From Camelus ferus (Eukaryota): a DNA stretch of 64,000 bases. The notes beneath the pieces are model-generated. The model was not told where the DNA came from. It did no database searches and saw only the letters and a program-made list of their open reading frames with translations. The stretch lies in the NCBI RefSeq assembly GCF_009834535.1, contig NC_045696.1, positions 64,544,001 to 64,608,000 of the forward strand, written 5' to 3'. A program made the position numbers and the translations under genes. Below, piece by piece: positions 1 through 13,309 of this stretch. The stretch's first letter is position 1. Each line of letters begins with the position of its first letter.

Positions 1-75
1 TATGAAGCACTATGTTGTGCACCTGAAACTTGCATAATATTGTACATCAACTATACCTCAATTAAAAACAAAAGA
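1..75 (+). mobile_element. 3' terminus of an artiodactyl-type L1
   Basis: cactatgttgtgcacctgaaact...tcaactatacctcaattaaaaa, similar to the end of the L1 at 21180-21246. Confidence 0.7.
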
Positions 76-1109
76 GGAAACAGGTCAGCCTGTCAGAGAT
101 ATATTCTTTAATATGTATCTCCTCTAATGTTATGCAGATTTTTAAACTTACAAACATTGACTGGTATAATTTTCCATGACTTCAGTAAGTTTTCCGGCTG
201 ATGGCAAACTCTCCTTGGTAAGAGAGTTTTTTGCATTGATCTTCAAATTGGGTTGAAGACATTTTTTTAATTGGGGACAGAGCTAAGGCAATCCAGACTT
301 GTACTTTTCCTATTATGATTTGATGCAAGGAAAAATATTAGTAAGTGGGTGAATATTATCTTGTTTTGATCAGTGTTTTAAATCTTGTATGTTCACAAGA
401 ACTGCCTGCGGCCCTTGTTAAAATATAGATTCCAACATCCACCCCAGGTTTACTGAATCAAAGTCTCTAGCAAGGGGCCTAGGTGTAGACTTAACAAATG
501 CACCAAGTCATTTCTTATGCTCCAGCAAGTTTGGGGAGCACTGTCATAGATGGTTTTCCTTGACGATTTTTCCCTCTCAGTTGGGCTTTGTAGGAGTCAT
601 TTTGAGCATAAATTGTGATAGGAGCCGGAGGCAAGAGCATTAAAAGTGAAGTGCGGGAGCCCAGCAGAGCTGGTTTAATTAGCTGGTCTGGAACCATCTT
701 GTCATTTCCCTTTCTCAGGCAGAGATGCTTCTGAATGCTGCCCATCCGTCCCCGCCAGGTGGCTCCTCATCTGTTATGCCATTGATCCTTTTACCGTCTC
801 CGTGTGGTGGGCAGAACAAACATCAAACTGTATGCCATTGATTTTAAGATGCACATTTCCCTAGTTTTATATCTCTCAAATTAGTCTGCATTTGAGAACC
901 AAAGATATATGAATTTGATGACACCTTTTTTCGGTCTTGGTGACATAGGGAGCAATGGTGCATTGGTATACTCAAAGGGCTTGAAGGTTGGATGAACTGC
1001 GATTGTTCCCTTTGTAGACAAGGCATCAGAGGGACTAAGATGGTGATGTGAGCACGGAAGACCCCTGCTAGTTGGAGCAGCCCAGTTTCAGACCCAGCGC
1101 TCTGTCCTC

Positions 1110-1600
1110 GTACTAGTTATTTGTTACTGAATAACCGATGACCCCAGCACTCAGTGGCTTAAAACAACATTGAATGTTTATTAGCTCGCATGGTTTCTTG
1201 GGGTCAGGCATTTGGGAGCGGCTTAGCTGGTGGTTCTGGCTTGGGGTCTCTCATGAAGTAGCAGGTAAGGTGTTGGCTGGATCTGCCGTCCCCTGAAAGC
1301 TTGGCTGCGCCTGGAGGGTCCACTCGCAAAGCTGGCTTCTCGCCTGGAGGGTGAGTGGTGCTGGGAGACTTCTGTTTATCCCCAGGTGGGCTTCTCTACA
1401 AGCTCTTGAAAGTGCCCCCAACATAGTGATGGGCTCCCCCAGTGCAAGTGGTGCAAGGAGCCAATCTGGGGCAATGTCGCAGTGGCTGTTCTGACTTCAC
1501 CTCGGAAGCCTCACATGCTCGTATTTGCCACCTGGACCAACCGTGACTCAGTGTTCGCGGGGACCACGCAAGGGCGTGAATATCAGAAAGTGAGGGTCGT
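1110..1600 (-). mobile_element. MaLR LTR (MLT1F/H-like)
   Basis: ctcagtggcttaaaacaaca...gggtcaggcatttgggagcggcttagctgg...ggggtctctcatgaag. Confidence 0.75.
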
Positions 1601-2312
1601 CAGGTCGGGCTGTTTCCTTCACACCGCGCTGCTTCTCCAATATAGTTTTGTCCTGATCCGCCTTGTCCTGATCTCATATTCTCAGGTCAGGTCCTTAAAT
1701 TCAACGAAAACTCTCTGGGGTTTATATTCCATTCGAGCACTTCTGAAAGTCTAATGTGCTGCCACATTCCCTGCGCCCCCTGTGGAAACACAGGCTCTGC
1801 TTCAGTCAGTCTAGAATGCATTCTAACGAGCTCTCGTCTACTGCCCTCACTCCTGGTCCAGGAAGCACCCTCTTGGTAGGAAAGCGAGCAGAGCCGGGCA
1901 GGCCTCGGGTGGCCCTCTCTGCAGGGCTGCACTGCGACCAGAATGGCTCTCTCCTTGAGGGGTGCTCGCCTCCTCCTCTAATTTTGGCAGAGAAACAAAT
2001 GGTTTGGGGGAAGGAACTAGGGAAACCAGCCCACTTCACTAAGTCGGTCAAGGGAAAGAGAGGCGTGAAGCCGATAGGAGCCCAGGCATTAGTAGGTGGG
2101 CAGCTTGCTGCAGCTGTGAGCCTCTTCCCAGCGAAGGGCAGGTTTCAGACGGCAGCAGCTGGGCACTCAGAAGGCGAGGGGATTAGCTTGCGGGGGTGGG
2201 GGTGGGGATGGAACACAAACAGTGCTTGAAATGAAACGTGTCGCTGCATTATTCAGAGCTCAGATGCCCATCAGTGGGTTCTCCGTCCTCCTTTCCTGCC
2301 TCTCTCCCTCTT

Positions 2313-2314
<2 letters not shown>

Positions 2315-2350
<36 letters not shown>
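2315..2350. repeat. (CA)n microsatellite
   Basis: Direct read. Confidence 0.97.
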
Positions 2351-2352
<2 letters not shown>

Positions 2353-3329
2353 CTCCTGTACACACATATTAGCACTCAGGAAAACTCGAGATCTACAATA
2401 TATTTCCCAAAATAAAATGAAAATTAGAGCTGGAGTAATCCTGATGATGCTGCCGCACTGTAGCTGCGTGGCTGACGTCTGGAACGCTGGTCCCGGCACT
2501 CGGCTTTTTTCTCGGCCATGGCAAAACTTCTGTCCTGTGTCTTCCTGCACATTAGTTAAGAGGAACATATTAGACTAAGCTCAACCGGAGAGGAACTATG
2601 TTTCTTTTGCTCATCTCTCTCTGCCTCTGTATGTATGTAATACACACGGATACAGGCGTATGTATACATTATAAATAAAGGGAGGAATGAATACACCGAC
2701 ATAATACTTGGAGAGAGGGAACTCTTGAACCTTTTGAATCTAGCAGGAAAACATGGTGAGGTCTCTGCACTGAAGCACAGGGAGTTCTGTTTTCACATTC
2801 TAGTGGTTGTTGGGGACCTTTGGAAGGGGATAGAGTTTATCACCTAACGTTTCTTTATCAGCCATGGCAGTCTATAACTGTAGAAGCTAAAAATTGGTGT
2901 TTACTGAACACCTACTATGTGCTGAGCGCATATGTTACATTATTGAACCTTCCAACAACCCATGCAGGAAGGTAATGATCAACTCCAGTTTACAGAAAAG
3001 GAAATCAGGCCTGTGAGAGGAGAGAGCGTTTACCTTGCACAGGTGGTAGTTTTGTGGGCCATCCCAGGTTGATTGCAGCCTAAAGCTGGTGTTCAGTGTC
3101 CACTGTCAGAACAAGATGTCCAGAGAAGGAACAAGAGGATGGTGGCACTGTCAGAGCTGGAAGGGCTCCCAATATTGAGTCCACGCACTTACTTTGCCTC
3201 AGTGCTGGGTGCTGTGAAGGCTCTGAGGTGGATTTCACAGGACCTCCGCTCCAGAAGAGTCTATCCATTCATGGGACATTGATGGGAATCACAGTCATTT
3301 TCTGAAGCTACCCATTAAATATCAGCCAG

Positions 3330-4075
3330 TCCACACATGGCTGGTGGGAATGTAAAATGGTACAGCCACTTTTGGAAAACAGTGTGACACTTTTAGGAAG
3401 TTATGCACACACCATAGACTCAACAAATGGCACCACTGTCGTACTCCTGTTTACCTAAGAGAGACGGAATCTGTGTCCACCAAAGGCCTACAGCTGTTTT
3501 ACTCATATTGTCACAAAACTGGAAACAACCCAACTGCATGTCCACAGTGAGTGGATAAGCAAAGTGTGTCACGTCAGTACAGGGGCTACTGCTCAGCAGT
3601 GAGAAGGAGCCAGCTATTGATGTGATGAATTCAGCAACATGAACGAATATCGAAAGCACCGTGCTAGGTGAGAGAAGCCAGTCATGAAAGGCTATGTGCT
3701 TTATCACCCATGTGCCGCTCAGGAAATGGCCAAACTCTAGGGTTAGAAATCAGATCAGAGGTTGATTGACTGACTAACTGCAAAAGGACAGGAGGACATT
3801 TTGGACGTGATGGAAATCTTCTATGCCTTAATTGTGGCTGGAGTTATGTAACTGTATATCTTTGTCAGACTCCTCAAACTGTTACCTTTTTTTTAGAATT
3901 AAAAAAAAATTTTTAATGGAGGTACTGGGAATTGAACCCAGGACCTCATGCACACTGAACATCACTCTACCACTATGCTATCTATATCCCTACCCCCTCC
4001 TCAAACTATCTTTAAAAAGAGTGAATTTTACTGTATGTAAGTTATACATCCATAGATATGTCTTTAAAAAATACA
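3330..4075 (+). mobile_element. Old eutherian L1 (L1MB/MC/ME-type) 3' region
   Basis: ctggtgggaatgtaaaatggtacagccacttttggaaaacagt...actggaaacaaccc...gtgaattttactgtatgtaagttatac. Interrupted by a SINE. Confidence 0.85.
3885..3997 (-). mobile_element. Camelid tRNA-derived SINE inserted in an old L1 3' end
   Basis: atggaggtactgggaattgaacccaggacc core. Direct repeat ctcctcaaact at 3870-3880 and 3997-4007. Confidence 0.85.
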
Positions 4076-5336
4076 TCAGCCAGTCCAAACCCACCATTTA
4101 GCAGATGGGGAAACAGGCCCCAGAGGAGAGGATGACTTGCTCCAGCAGTTGTGAGTTGGGAATCCAGGCTTCTCAGCCCCAGTCCTGGGGCAGGAGTGAG
4201 CTGGGACCTTGGCCTCCTCTCTTGGTCCACGGTACACCCGGGGAGGGCTGGAGCGCCGGTCCTCAGCTCTAATGCAGCCCATGGGTGGCTTTTAAAACAC
4301 ACTCTACAGTGCCGCCCATCAGGCTGTTGACCTGCAATTTGACCAGAGGACTCTTAATTAGAAATAAAGGAAATTAGCATTCAGCCAGAACCAAAGCCCG
4401 TAAGGCTCCAATAATGAACTTCTCTGTACATATTCCATCGACTCGGCTGGGAAGGAGGGAAGGAAGGGCCTCAGTGTAGTGCCACTAATGTATTCGCAAG
4501 AGTGCCTTGTGGGGCACTGTCACCCAGTCAGTTGAGAAAGAACAGAATCTCCCCGAGATTCACACCAACATCTTGTCGCAGGAAGTGGGGGAGATGTGGA
4601 GTGAGCCTGACCTGGTTTTAGTTCCTAAATCTCTTACTTCCCAACTTCATGCCCTTGAGTAAAACCCTTCTCCGTCTGCAGAACAGTAATCCTCATTCCT
4701 ACCTCACGTGGTTTCTGCAAGGTTTAGGTAAGAGATTGGAAATAGAGTACCCAGCCCAGCTAGGATAGACTTCAGTGTGGTCAGCCCCGGGCTTGGCTTG
4801 ACAGATACGATTTTATCCTTAACCATTATTACACCTAGTGTAGAAATGATCAAGCCTGGGGTAAGTAATCTGTTAGCCATTATACCACCTGGCCAGGACC
4901 ACTGAGCTCTGTGGAAACAGTAAATGATTATGGATCTGAATCAAGTCCTATTTTTCAAATAATTGGTTAAAGAGTTTGGAAGGGAGTGGAATTCTGCTTC
5001 TTAATTTGAGAGAGAGCCTTATTTCAACACTGAGACCAAAATGAGGGTCCTCAGTGAGCCCTGAACTCCCAGTTGAGAGGAAGGTATTTTTCCTAATCTC
5101 ATGCTCACTCAGCCTCCTCTGTCTTTGTCCAGAAAAAAACACCCCAGCAACCCAGGAGACCCTGTGCTATTTAGGGAGACTTCACTCCCACACCCTGCAG
5201 CAGGGCAGCTCTCTGGGGACATTCTCTGTAGTCACAAATCCTTTTGCCTTCTGAGATAGTCTGATATGACGCTAATGGAAATAGGGGCAACTAGGCTTAG
5301 GGTTGACTTTTATTAAACTTACTTTTCCTCTTTTAC

Positions 5337-5348
5337 AATAATAATAAT

Positions 5349-5380
<32 letters not shown>
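5337..5380. repeat. (AAT)n microsatellite, one interruption
   Basis: Direct read. Confidence 0.97.
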
Positions 5381-6524
5381 AACCAGTAAGTTTTTTATCT
5401 TCACTTGGAAATATTTCTCATTCTGTCACATAGCCAGTTTAAGTCCAGATTTACAAAACACCAGCTAGTTTTAATAACCTAAGACAATTGCAGAATACCA
5501 ACTAGCCAGCTTATCAAAGACAATAGAACTGATTTCTATACCATGTATGTTTGAATCCTTCCGTTATATGCTTCATGTGTGTGGACTCAGTTTTCCTTCC
5601 CTCACCGTTGTCTTCCAGTATGAAGTGGTCTGTTACAGGTTCAAGCGCATCCTACCTACCAAGCCCTGTGTGTAGAGTGGTTTAGGTGCCAGAGATTCTT
5701 TGCTGCCCAGGGCAGGAATATTATCCTCTTAAATACTCAGAAGCCCAAGGACTAGAAAACCGAAGTCAAGGCTCGTGGTCTGAGTGGGACTAGAGACCAG
5801 CCTCCGCACACCATCTCAGAGCTGTTTCCCCAAGCCCACACCACATTCCCTCTGTAGGTTATTTAATAAATTCATTTCACAACCCGTAGAGCAGCAGTAG
5901 GAAACAATGCAATTACTGAACCATAGGAACACAGCTGCCAACATCTTGTTGATTCAGAATTGTCCAAACACTTCCATTTGGGGGCGGGACTGATGCAATT
6001 TGCTGGTTCAACAGTTGACATTGATAAATTGGAGTTTCATTTCCTCAGCCTTCTGTTGGAGGTGCTAATGAGCATTGAAAGGCTGGAGAGACGCGGGAGG
6101 GGGCGAAGGGAGAATCTTGCCTGATCTACATACTGAGAAGTAATTGAGCCTGGTTGATGGAGATTTGACACTGCTAGGTAATAGGTGGACGCTTTTGAAG
6201 GTGCTAATAAAGGCCAAATAAAATTAGCGCCGTGAACCCTTCAATTATTTAAGTTCCGCTTGAAGATTGTGTAGGCTGGTATCTTCATTTATTAGAGAGA
6301 GTGTTTGCTTTTCCTAATATTCTTTCATATGTTTTCTGAAATATTCTTTTATATTTCACGGGGCACTCAGCCAAGATTCCTTGGCTTCTGGAAAATGAGG
6401 AGGTTGGACCAGATGATCTCTGAGGTCTCTTCTGTACTCCATGTTTTTATTTGCTTGGCAAGATAATTTGTCTGAAATGAACTGCATTCCCCCTACACAC
6501 ATGCATCCAGGCCTCTGTTCTCCC

Positions 6525-6800
6525 CATTCACTTGTTCATTCATTCAGTAAGCACTGGGATGCTTACTCTGTGTCAGTTACTGTGCTGGGAACCAGAAATA
6601 AAGAAGGGAGTGGGCCAGATTGCCCACAGACCCCTACCCCCAAGGGCCGACCCTGGAACTGGGAGCTAGGTAAGTTAAGTAGAGTCATCAGGGATACACT
6701 AGGGGGAGCTCACGCCGTAACCAGGCATAATCAAGGAAAGCTGCTCAGAGGATGTAATATTTTAAGTTGCTCCTTGAAACAAGGTGAAGATTGGAAGGAA
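6525..6800 (-). mobile_element. L2 remnant
   Basis: cattcacttgttcattcattcagtaagcac...gcttactctgtgtcag...tgtgctggga, an L2 3' tail motif. Confidence 0.65.
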
Positions 6801-8619
6801 GAAGAGTGTTTGGATGGACTTTTTTCTATGCACCTCCCAGGAATTTTTGTCCTAAACTCAGTCGGCTATCTGCCAGAAAGTCTTCCATTAGAAGTATTTC
6901 TGTTAGGGTTTGACAAAAGAGCCAATGATTATGTCCATGATTTTTACCTTTTCTCAACTTTTTATTTTTAATCTTATTCAGAAGCAGAAACTGATTTGAA
7001 TAAGATGAGTAAAAGTACTGGGCCTTCTATGTATATGATGTGTATCTTGTGTATGTATCCAAGGCGGCCATGAGAAATCTTTTTCCTGTCCCTCCAGCTC
7101 TCAGTCAGAAGAGCAGACTTATCTTGGAGAAATACGTTTTGTTGAGCCGTGAGTACATGCAATTAGGAATCCTCCAGCTACAAGTCATTTTAGAGATTAT
7201 TAGACATTTATTTACTCAATGCTTTTAAAGCAAACTAGATTCATTTTTGTATGACATTAACTAAAATTAAACCTGCTTTAAGTAGAATTTCTTTGCAGGT
7301 AATCTTGATCTTTTGGAAAGTTTTAAGTGTCTTTGGTTGAAGCTATCTAAAACAGGAATTTGGAATATTGTGTGAAAATAAGAGGTTTTAAAAATGCAAA
7401 TTTAACTTTGAACAAATAGTATAATGGCTTCTAAATGGATTGAAATGACTTCGGTCATATCATATTAATCGTATTCTACCATATCTATCGAGTAGAAAGT
7501 AGGCAAATCGAATGTCAGCTGATTATCAGCATTAGTGTGATGATCAGGCTGTCCTGTAAAGGACTGAGGTTTGTACATACACAGCCCATCTCACCGCCTC
7601 TGTTTGGTCATACTTGACTCCTACACCAGAGCATCAGAGTGCTGGTCCAAGGATTAGAAGACCTTGATCTGGTCGTGGCTCTGACACGCACTAGCTTTGT
7701 GGTTTTAACTACTGGCAGCACGACTTTGACATTCTCATCTGTAATAGTGTTCTCATCTATAAAATGAAGTGGTCAGGCTAGATGCTCTAAGGACCCAGGC
7801 ACCTTTGAGGTGGGTGAAGGTGAGTGATGAATGCTTCCTTCTCATTTGCACACACACAAGCAAAGCTGTGAAAGGTAAAGTGACCTGCTCATGGCTGCAG
7901 GGAGCATCGCCAGCTGAATAGGAATAGGTCAGGCTCTTGCACATTTTTTGGTCCTCTTCATCCCTTTGGACCTCATGCCTCCCTCATAGCCACCCTGATA
8001 ACACTTATTTGATATTGGACTTCGTAGTTCACAAAGCCCAGTTACTTGCATTCGCTCTTATGTCTGTTGACGAACTTCTAGGTGGGTATAAAGGCATGAG
8101 AGTGGTAGTTGGCACAATCCCGTTTTTACGCTGAATTCTCCCGCCATGCCTGTCAAAATTGGTGTCTGAAATGAACAAATATTTCCTTTTCTATTGAATC
8201 TTATTTTGAGGAGAGACAAATAATGAAACAGTGAGTCACTCTCCAGGGCATCCCAGGCCCTCCTCTTCAACCGCATTTAGAAACAACTTCCCGTGGGAGT
8301 GAAGAGTTTAAGGACATTCACCACCCCCCATTTTCCTTTGGATTGATTCTGTTAAGCTTGTTTGTGTTTGTGGAATTAGCTTCCGTATGACTTGCTATGA
8401 ATAATGCATTTTGGTGGCCTTTTAGGAATATGATGGATATTTGTTTGTTTGTTTGGAATCAGATCACGTATTTCCATGTAAAAACAACCCAAATGATGCC
8501 TGGGTTCACAGGTGCCATTTTAACTCAAGCATCAGCTGAGTCCCAGTCCTTGTCTTCTCAACATGGGTTGGGGAAGAGCCTGTGCAGGAGGGATGGAGCA
8601 GTTTTGAAACTGACACATG

Positions 8620-8720
8620 GGGGTGGGAGGGTGTAGCTCAGTGGTAGAACACATGTCTGGCATGCACAAGGTCCTGGGTCCATCAGGTAAGGAGAAAAAA
8701 TAAACAAGCAAACAAACCTG
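8620..8720 (+). mobile_element. Camelid tRNA-derived SINE, diverged/short
   Basis: gggagggtgtagctcagtggtagaacacatgtctggcatgcacaaggtcctgggt, followed by an A-rich tail. Confidence 0.8.
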
Positions 8721-8772
8721 ATGCATTATTTCCTCAGCACTGGCTCTGGAGGCCTCCTCGTCTCTGACTTCT

Positions 8773-8839
8773 GTCCTCAGGGCCTTGCAGCACAAAATCA
8801 CAGTCCTCAGGGCCTTCCAGCACAAAAATCACAGTCCTC
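8773..8839. repeat. 30-31 bp tandem duplication (2.2 copies)
   Basis: gtcctcagggcctt(g/c)cagcacaaaa(a)tcaca twice, then gtcctc. Confidence 0.95.
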
Positions 8840-10869
8840 TCTGAATCAAAGCTCCCCTTCAAGCCGGGCAGGTGGTCTCCACTGCAGTGAGAATGTCACA
8901 CTTCGATGGAACACACTTATACTAAGGGGTAAATGGTAATTAGCACCTTAACTTCCAAGAAGCAATTTCCATTTTCTTTCTTTTTTTTTAATTGTGAAGA
9001 TGAACCTCACTGCTAGAATTTCAGGCAAGAGGAGAGGAAAAGACAGAAAATTCAGGCCTGAAAATCTGTCTCCAGGTTCAGGTCTTCTGGTCTGCCCCTA
9101 GATTTCCCAGCCTCTGTCATTTCTGAACCCCCTACAAATGTTCGAGAGCTTTAATTCCTTAGCCATGTCCCTGGCGCTGGAAGAACAAACATAAGAAAAG
9201 GTTGAAAGCAGATGCGGCTGAGTTGTCCCCACTCACCTGTGTGAGATGTTGTAAATCAGTCTTTTGAGTCAGACATGTAGGTTCAAAGATCAGATCCACA
9301 GCCTATGTAACTGTGGGCATTTATTTAACCTCAGAGTCTCCATTTCTTCCTACCACGCAGGGACATCATAAAGAGGAATGATAATACATAAAAAAGCCTG
9401 GGCTCAATATAGATGCTCAATAAATGGGCTGTGTTACTAAGAGGTGGGAATGGTTGGATGATGGCATTAGCAGTATCTGGAAGACCACTGCATCAAGGAG
9501 AATTTTCACATAAGTGATGTGTACACTGTTATTTGAAGGGTGCATAATGCCAGAGACTCTTCTGTGTGTTTGTTTTAAATATTTATTATTTAAAAACATT
9601 AAGTTTGTTAAAAATTCTGGAAATGGAAAACACGTGGTGGAGGCTGTGATGTCGGTACCCCAGGGGGAGGGCCTCCAGGTGGGTGCAGAGGCGGCCAGCT
9701 GAGCTGCTCCCGCAGGGGAGGAGGGCGAGCCTTTGCCGTGAGATGCCAGGGGCAGGATGCTGGAGACGCTTTCACACCCAGGCTGAGCAGTCACCGAGGA
9801 CCGCGTGCTTTCATCAGCAGTCATTTGTCGTCTGTCTGAGGCGAGAATCAATACCAGAAGGAGAAGGTGACAAATCATTCATTGCGCAGAGACTGGCTGT
9901 AAATCCAGCGCCCTGTTATTTCCTTTCTAACCACTTTAAAGAAACTTCCCCCGCACGTCCTTTCCCCGAAACACACAGCCTCACCGTGGGACTGCCACAG
10001 GTCTTTGGAAAGATCTGAAATGGCCTTTTGTGCTGTTAGGCGTTATTATCTTGGGGGACTGAAAGGCAGATGTATTCTGTTCCATTCTGCTCAAGTCCCA
10101 TCAGCGCTCATCATGCCTCTGCTTGCTTTTCCCACCTGTTCCCTGGGACTCGTGCGTCTTAGAGAAACCAGTCATCCAAAAGGTCTGCGTTCGCCTCTGC
10201 GTGCGTCTGTGGGGCTCGCGCTTTGCACCGTTAGCTCCCCTTAGCTTTTCACCCATTACTCTCATTTGCTTGCTACAGACACACTCTTGAAACATCTCCC
10301 CGTCCTTTTCCTCGGCTCAGAAACACACACACTCTTCTGAGTCAGAAAGAACATTTAAGACCATCTAGTCCGACCAGCTCACTGGGTGGTGAGGAATGGC
10401 CTCTCTAGGGAGCATCACGGCTGGACCCGGGGTCCTGCTGGGGTTCAGAGCTCAGTCCATCCCTGGCTTCTCCCCGGGGCACTGGCTGGAAGGTCTGTTC
10501 TCCAGGCTCCTGACCTTCCGCCAGCTCCAGACCTGCCTTGGAATGTCAGGAAAAGGGGGTAGAGAGAGTCAGATGAGCGGGTAAAGTTGGCATAAAGCGC
10601 AGTCTTTTCAGAGCTTTGGAAGATTCTAGCAGGGGTTTGGGGCCCCCCTTCCCCTAACAGCATTCTGTACGGAGTCGATCTTTTGTAAGCAGCTGATTTA
10701 TTTTTCTGCTGAAGGCCAGCCTCAGGCAGAATTGGGAAGTAGCCAGCTTGATATGAGGCAGTGATTTTCAACCCTTTTTTTCCCCCCTCCCTTTTAAAAC
10801 TGTAGGACTCTTACTTCAAATAGAAGCATCAGAGGAAGCCCAATATGTAAAACAGATAAAAGTGCTTGA

Positions 10870-10955
10870 AGTGGGGGCGGGAGGCCGGGGGCTGCCCACT
10901 TGGCGCAGGCGCAGTCTGTCCTTACACGTCGCCCACCCCCACCCTCCGCTCCCTG
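10870..10955. promoter_or_regulatory. Putative intronic promoter/enhancer motif cluster
   Basis: GC box GGGGCGGG (10874-10881), NRF1-type GCGCAGGCGCA (10903-10913), CACCC boxes (~10933-10945), locally retained CpGs. Confidence 0.45.
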
Positions 10956-13309
10956 CAGGACTTTCGGGGAGGCTGGGCCCTTGAGGCTCAGTTGGGAAGC
11001 CACCCTCGCAGTGAAAAGGTTCGTCACTGTGGGCAAATCCCTTAACCACTTAAGCCTGATTCTCTGTTCTTGTAAATTGAGGATAAAGAATTAAATGGAA
11101 AGACTTTGCATGTAAGTGGTGAGATAACAGCCTATACTTGGTTCACAGCAGACATGCTGTAAACACTGATTCCCACCTCTCTTTTTATCTTTTTTTTTTC
11201 CTTCCCCCTTTCTGTGCCTTTTCCCCTTAGGTGTCCTCTCCCCTCTTCAGAAGCCCAGGGACCTCTGGCACCAGCAGTTTTTAGACATGCTCAGCTTCCC
11301 AGGAAAACTCTGAGTTATTTGTGTTCTAGTGTCAACTCAGGTCAGCTCTGTCATCCCCAAGAGCATTTCCATCCACACCTCCAGATTCCAGCAGAAGCGC
11401 TCCATCCCCATCACTGATTTCCAGGCAGCCTAGAGCTGGCCTGAACAACGACCTTCAGGGGAGTTGTACTGAGGGACTTCATAAGCTTTCCTGTCTTCCC
11501 ACCAGCAGAACGAATTTCTGCCCCTCGATGAGTAATAGTCTAGGCATTTACACAACAGTACAATGTACAGGCTCCATGAAGTCCTTGCATTCTGCAAAGC
11601 CGCATTTTGAAAACAACAGGGCTTGTGGGAAAAATAGAGTTAAGAGCACATCACTTCAAACCTCCAAAGACTTTGTCCAGGAAATTAACAAAAGCAATAG
11701 CAATCCTGAAGAAAAAAAGAAAGAAAAGAAAAAAAGAAAAAGATCACTCTAATATAGGAGTTTACCTTTGAGAAAAGGTTGAAGGTGGTTTGATGAAAAG
11801 GGTTTTAGAAAAAAAAAAAAAGATGGGGGATAAAGCTGTTCAATTTTGGAGACAAAGAAAAAAAATGCATGAAAATCATAGAAAACAATGAGAAGCATTT
11901 CTGTGACAGATCACATGCCAATTAGAGTCAAGAAGAACTTGAGCATCCTTCTCTCCACAGGCTACTGCATTCTGCTGGGTTTGAGCACATTCTGTTTGAT
12001 GGCTATTCCTTGGTTGTACAGAATATTAACATTCTTGGAAAATTACATGTGAATTAACATTGCTTTTATCGCGCTGACATAATGTTACTATTTGCCAGCC
12101 CTGTACAAGCTAGTCCCTATTATGATGGCACATTCTGTATCAGGATGGACTGTTCCTAGATCTCAGTAGCTTAATCCTCAGGACTCAGAGGGACATGGGT
12201 GAGTCCTCAAAAAACTTAAGATCTTGTGTGAGACATGGGAGTCAATTCAGATCGCTGTAATACAAATCACCCTATAAATCTCATAAAATACCAGGTTAAT
12301 AAAAGATTGTGCAAAGAAAGAAAGGGAATAATGTCTGATTGTGGGGGGTTAGGAGGCCAAAGCTTTTAGAAGGAGTAGAACTGATGTGATTTCAACAGTC
12401 AAGGTTGGCGGGCCACAAGGAGGGAATGAACGAAGGCTTGGGAGCTGGAAAGCAAGGACATACTTGAGGGAGCAGTGTAGTTGGGGGATCCATTTGGGGC
12501 TAGAGCCACTGAGGGAACATAAGGGAGCAGTAAGATATGGGTTGACATGGAGGTTGGCCTCAGAATGTGGAGGCCTTGGCTCCGGGGATGGTGGCCACCA
12601 TCAAAGGATTTTGAGTAGCTGAGTAATGGAGTTAGAGACCCCTTGGAGGGGCTCCTTTTGGCAGCTTATGCTGGGTGATGGTGGAGGGGAGGGGAGTCCA
12701 GTTAAGAGATGTTGCATTGTCCCTGTGAGAGATGTGAGGGCCTAGGCACCACTGTGGCAATGACATGCAGTGGCAATGTGCTTTTAAGACAGAATCTCAA
12801 GCATCTGTCAACTGAGTGGAAGGCACAGGGCTCTGCTGATAACTGTCTGATAATGAGAAATTTACTGTTTTCAGTAACGATAGCCAATACGGAGCTTGGT
12901 TTTTGGAATGTTCGAGAGCTCACGCTGAGGGCTGGCACACCTGGGTCCTGGGACTGGTCTGTACTGAAGTGTGGGCAAAGCACGTGGCCCCCAGGTTACT
13001 GCGGGGCGGTCCACACTGACGGGATGAAATGGCTTGCCCTCAGCTCTCGGCGGGGAGATGGTGTTCCCTGCACTGAGACACGCCCACCTGCCTGAGCCCC
13101 AGTCCCTGCTCAGGTTCTGACCCTAGGACCATAACATTTTTACATCTGAAAGACCTTAGAGATCATCTTACCTCTAAACCTTTTGCTAGATGGAAAACCA
13201 GGACCCAGAAAGGTCAAGTGTGTGTCCAGGGGAAGCCAGAGGCAGAATCCAGACTATGTCACCTAGGACTGTCAGTTAGCAGTCTTCAGGAAGTCTTTTA
13301 TGTAATGAC

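Noticed and set aside
1756..2229. 157-aa ORF and neighbouring ORFs
   Set aside because: Non-ATG start in locally GC-rich intronic DNA; no recognisable homology.
6441..6971. 176-aa ORF
   Set aside because: Runs through MIR/L2 remnants; no protein-like composition or splice context.
8773..8839. CRISPR-like ~30-bp repeat
   Set aside because: Head-to-tail copies with no spacers, in mammalian DNA.
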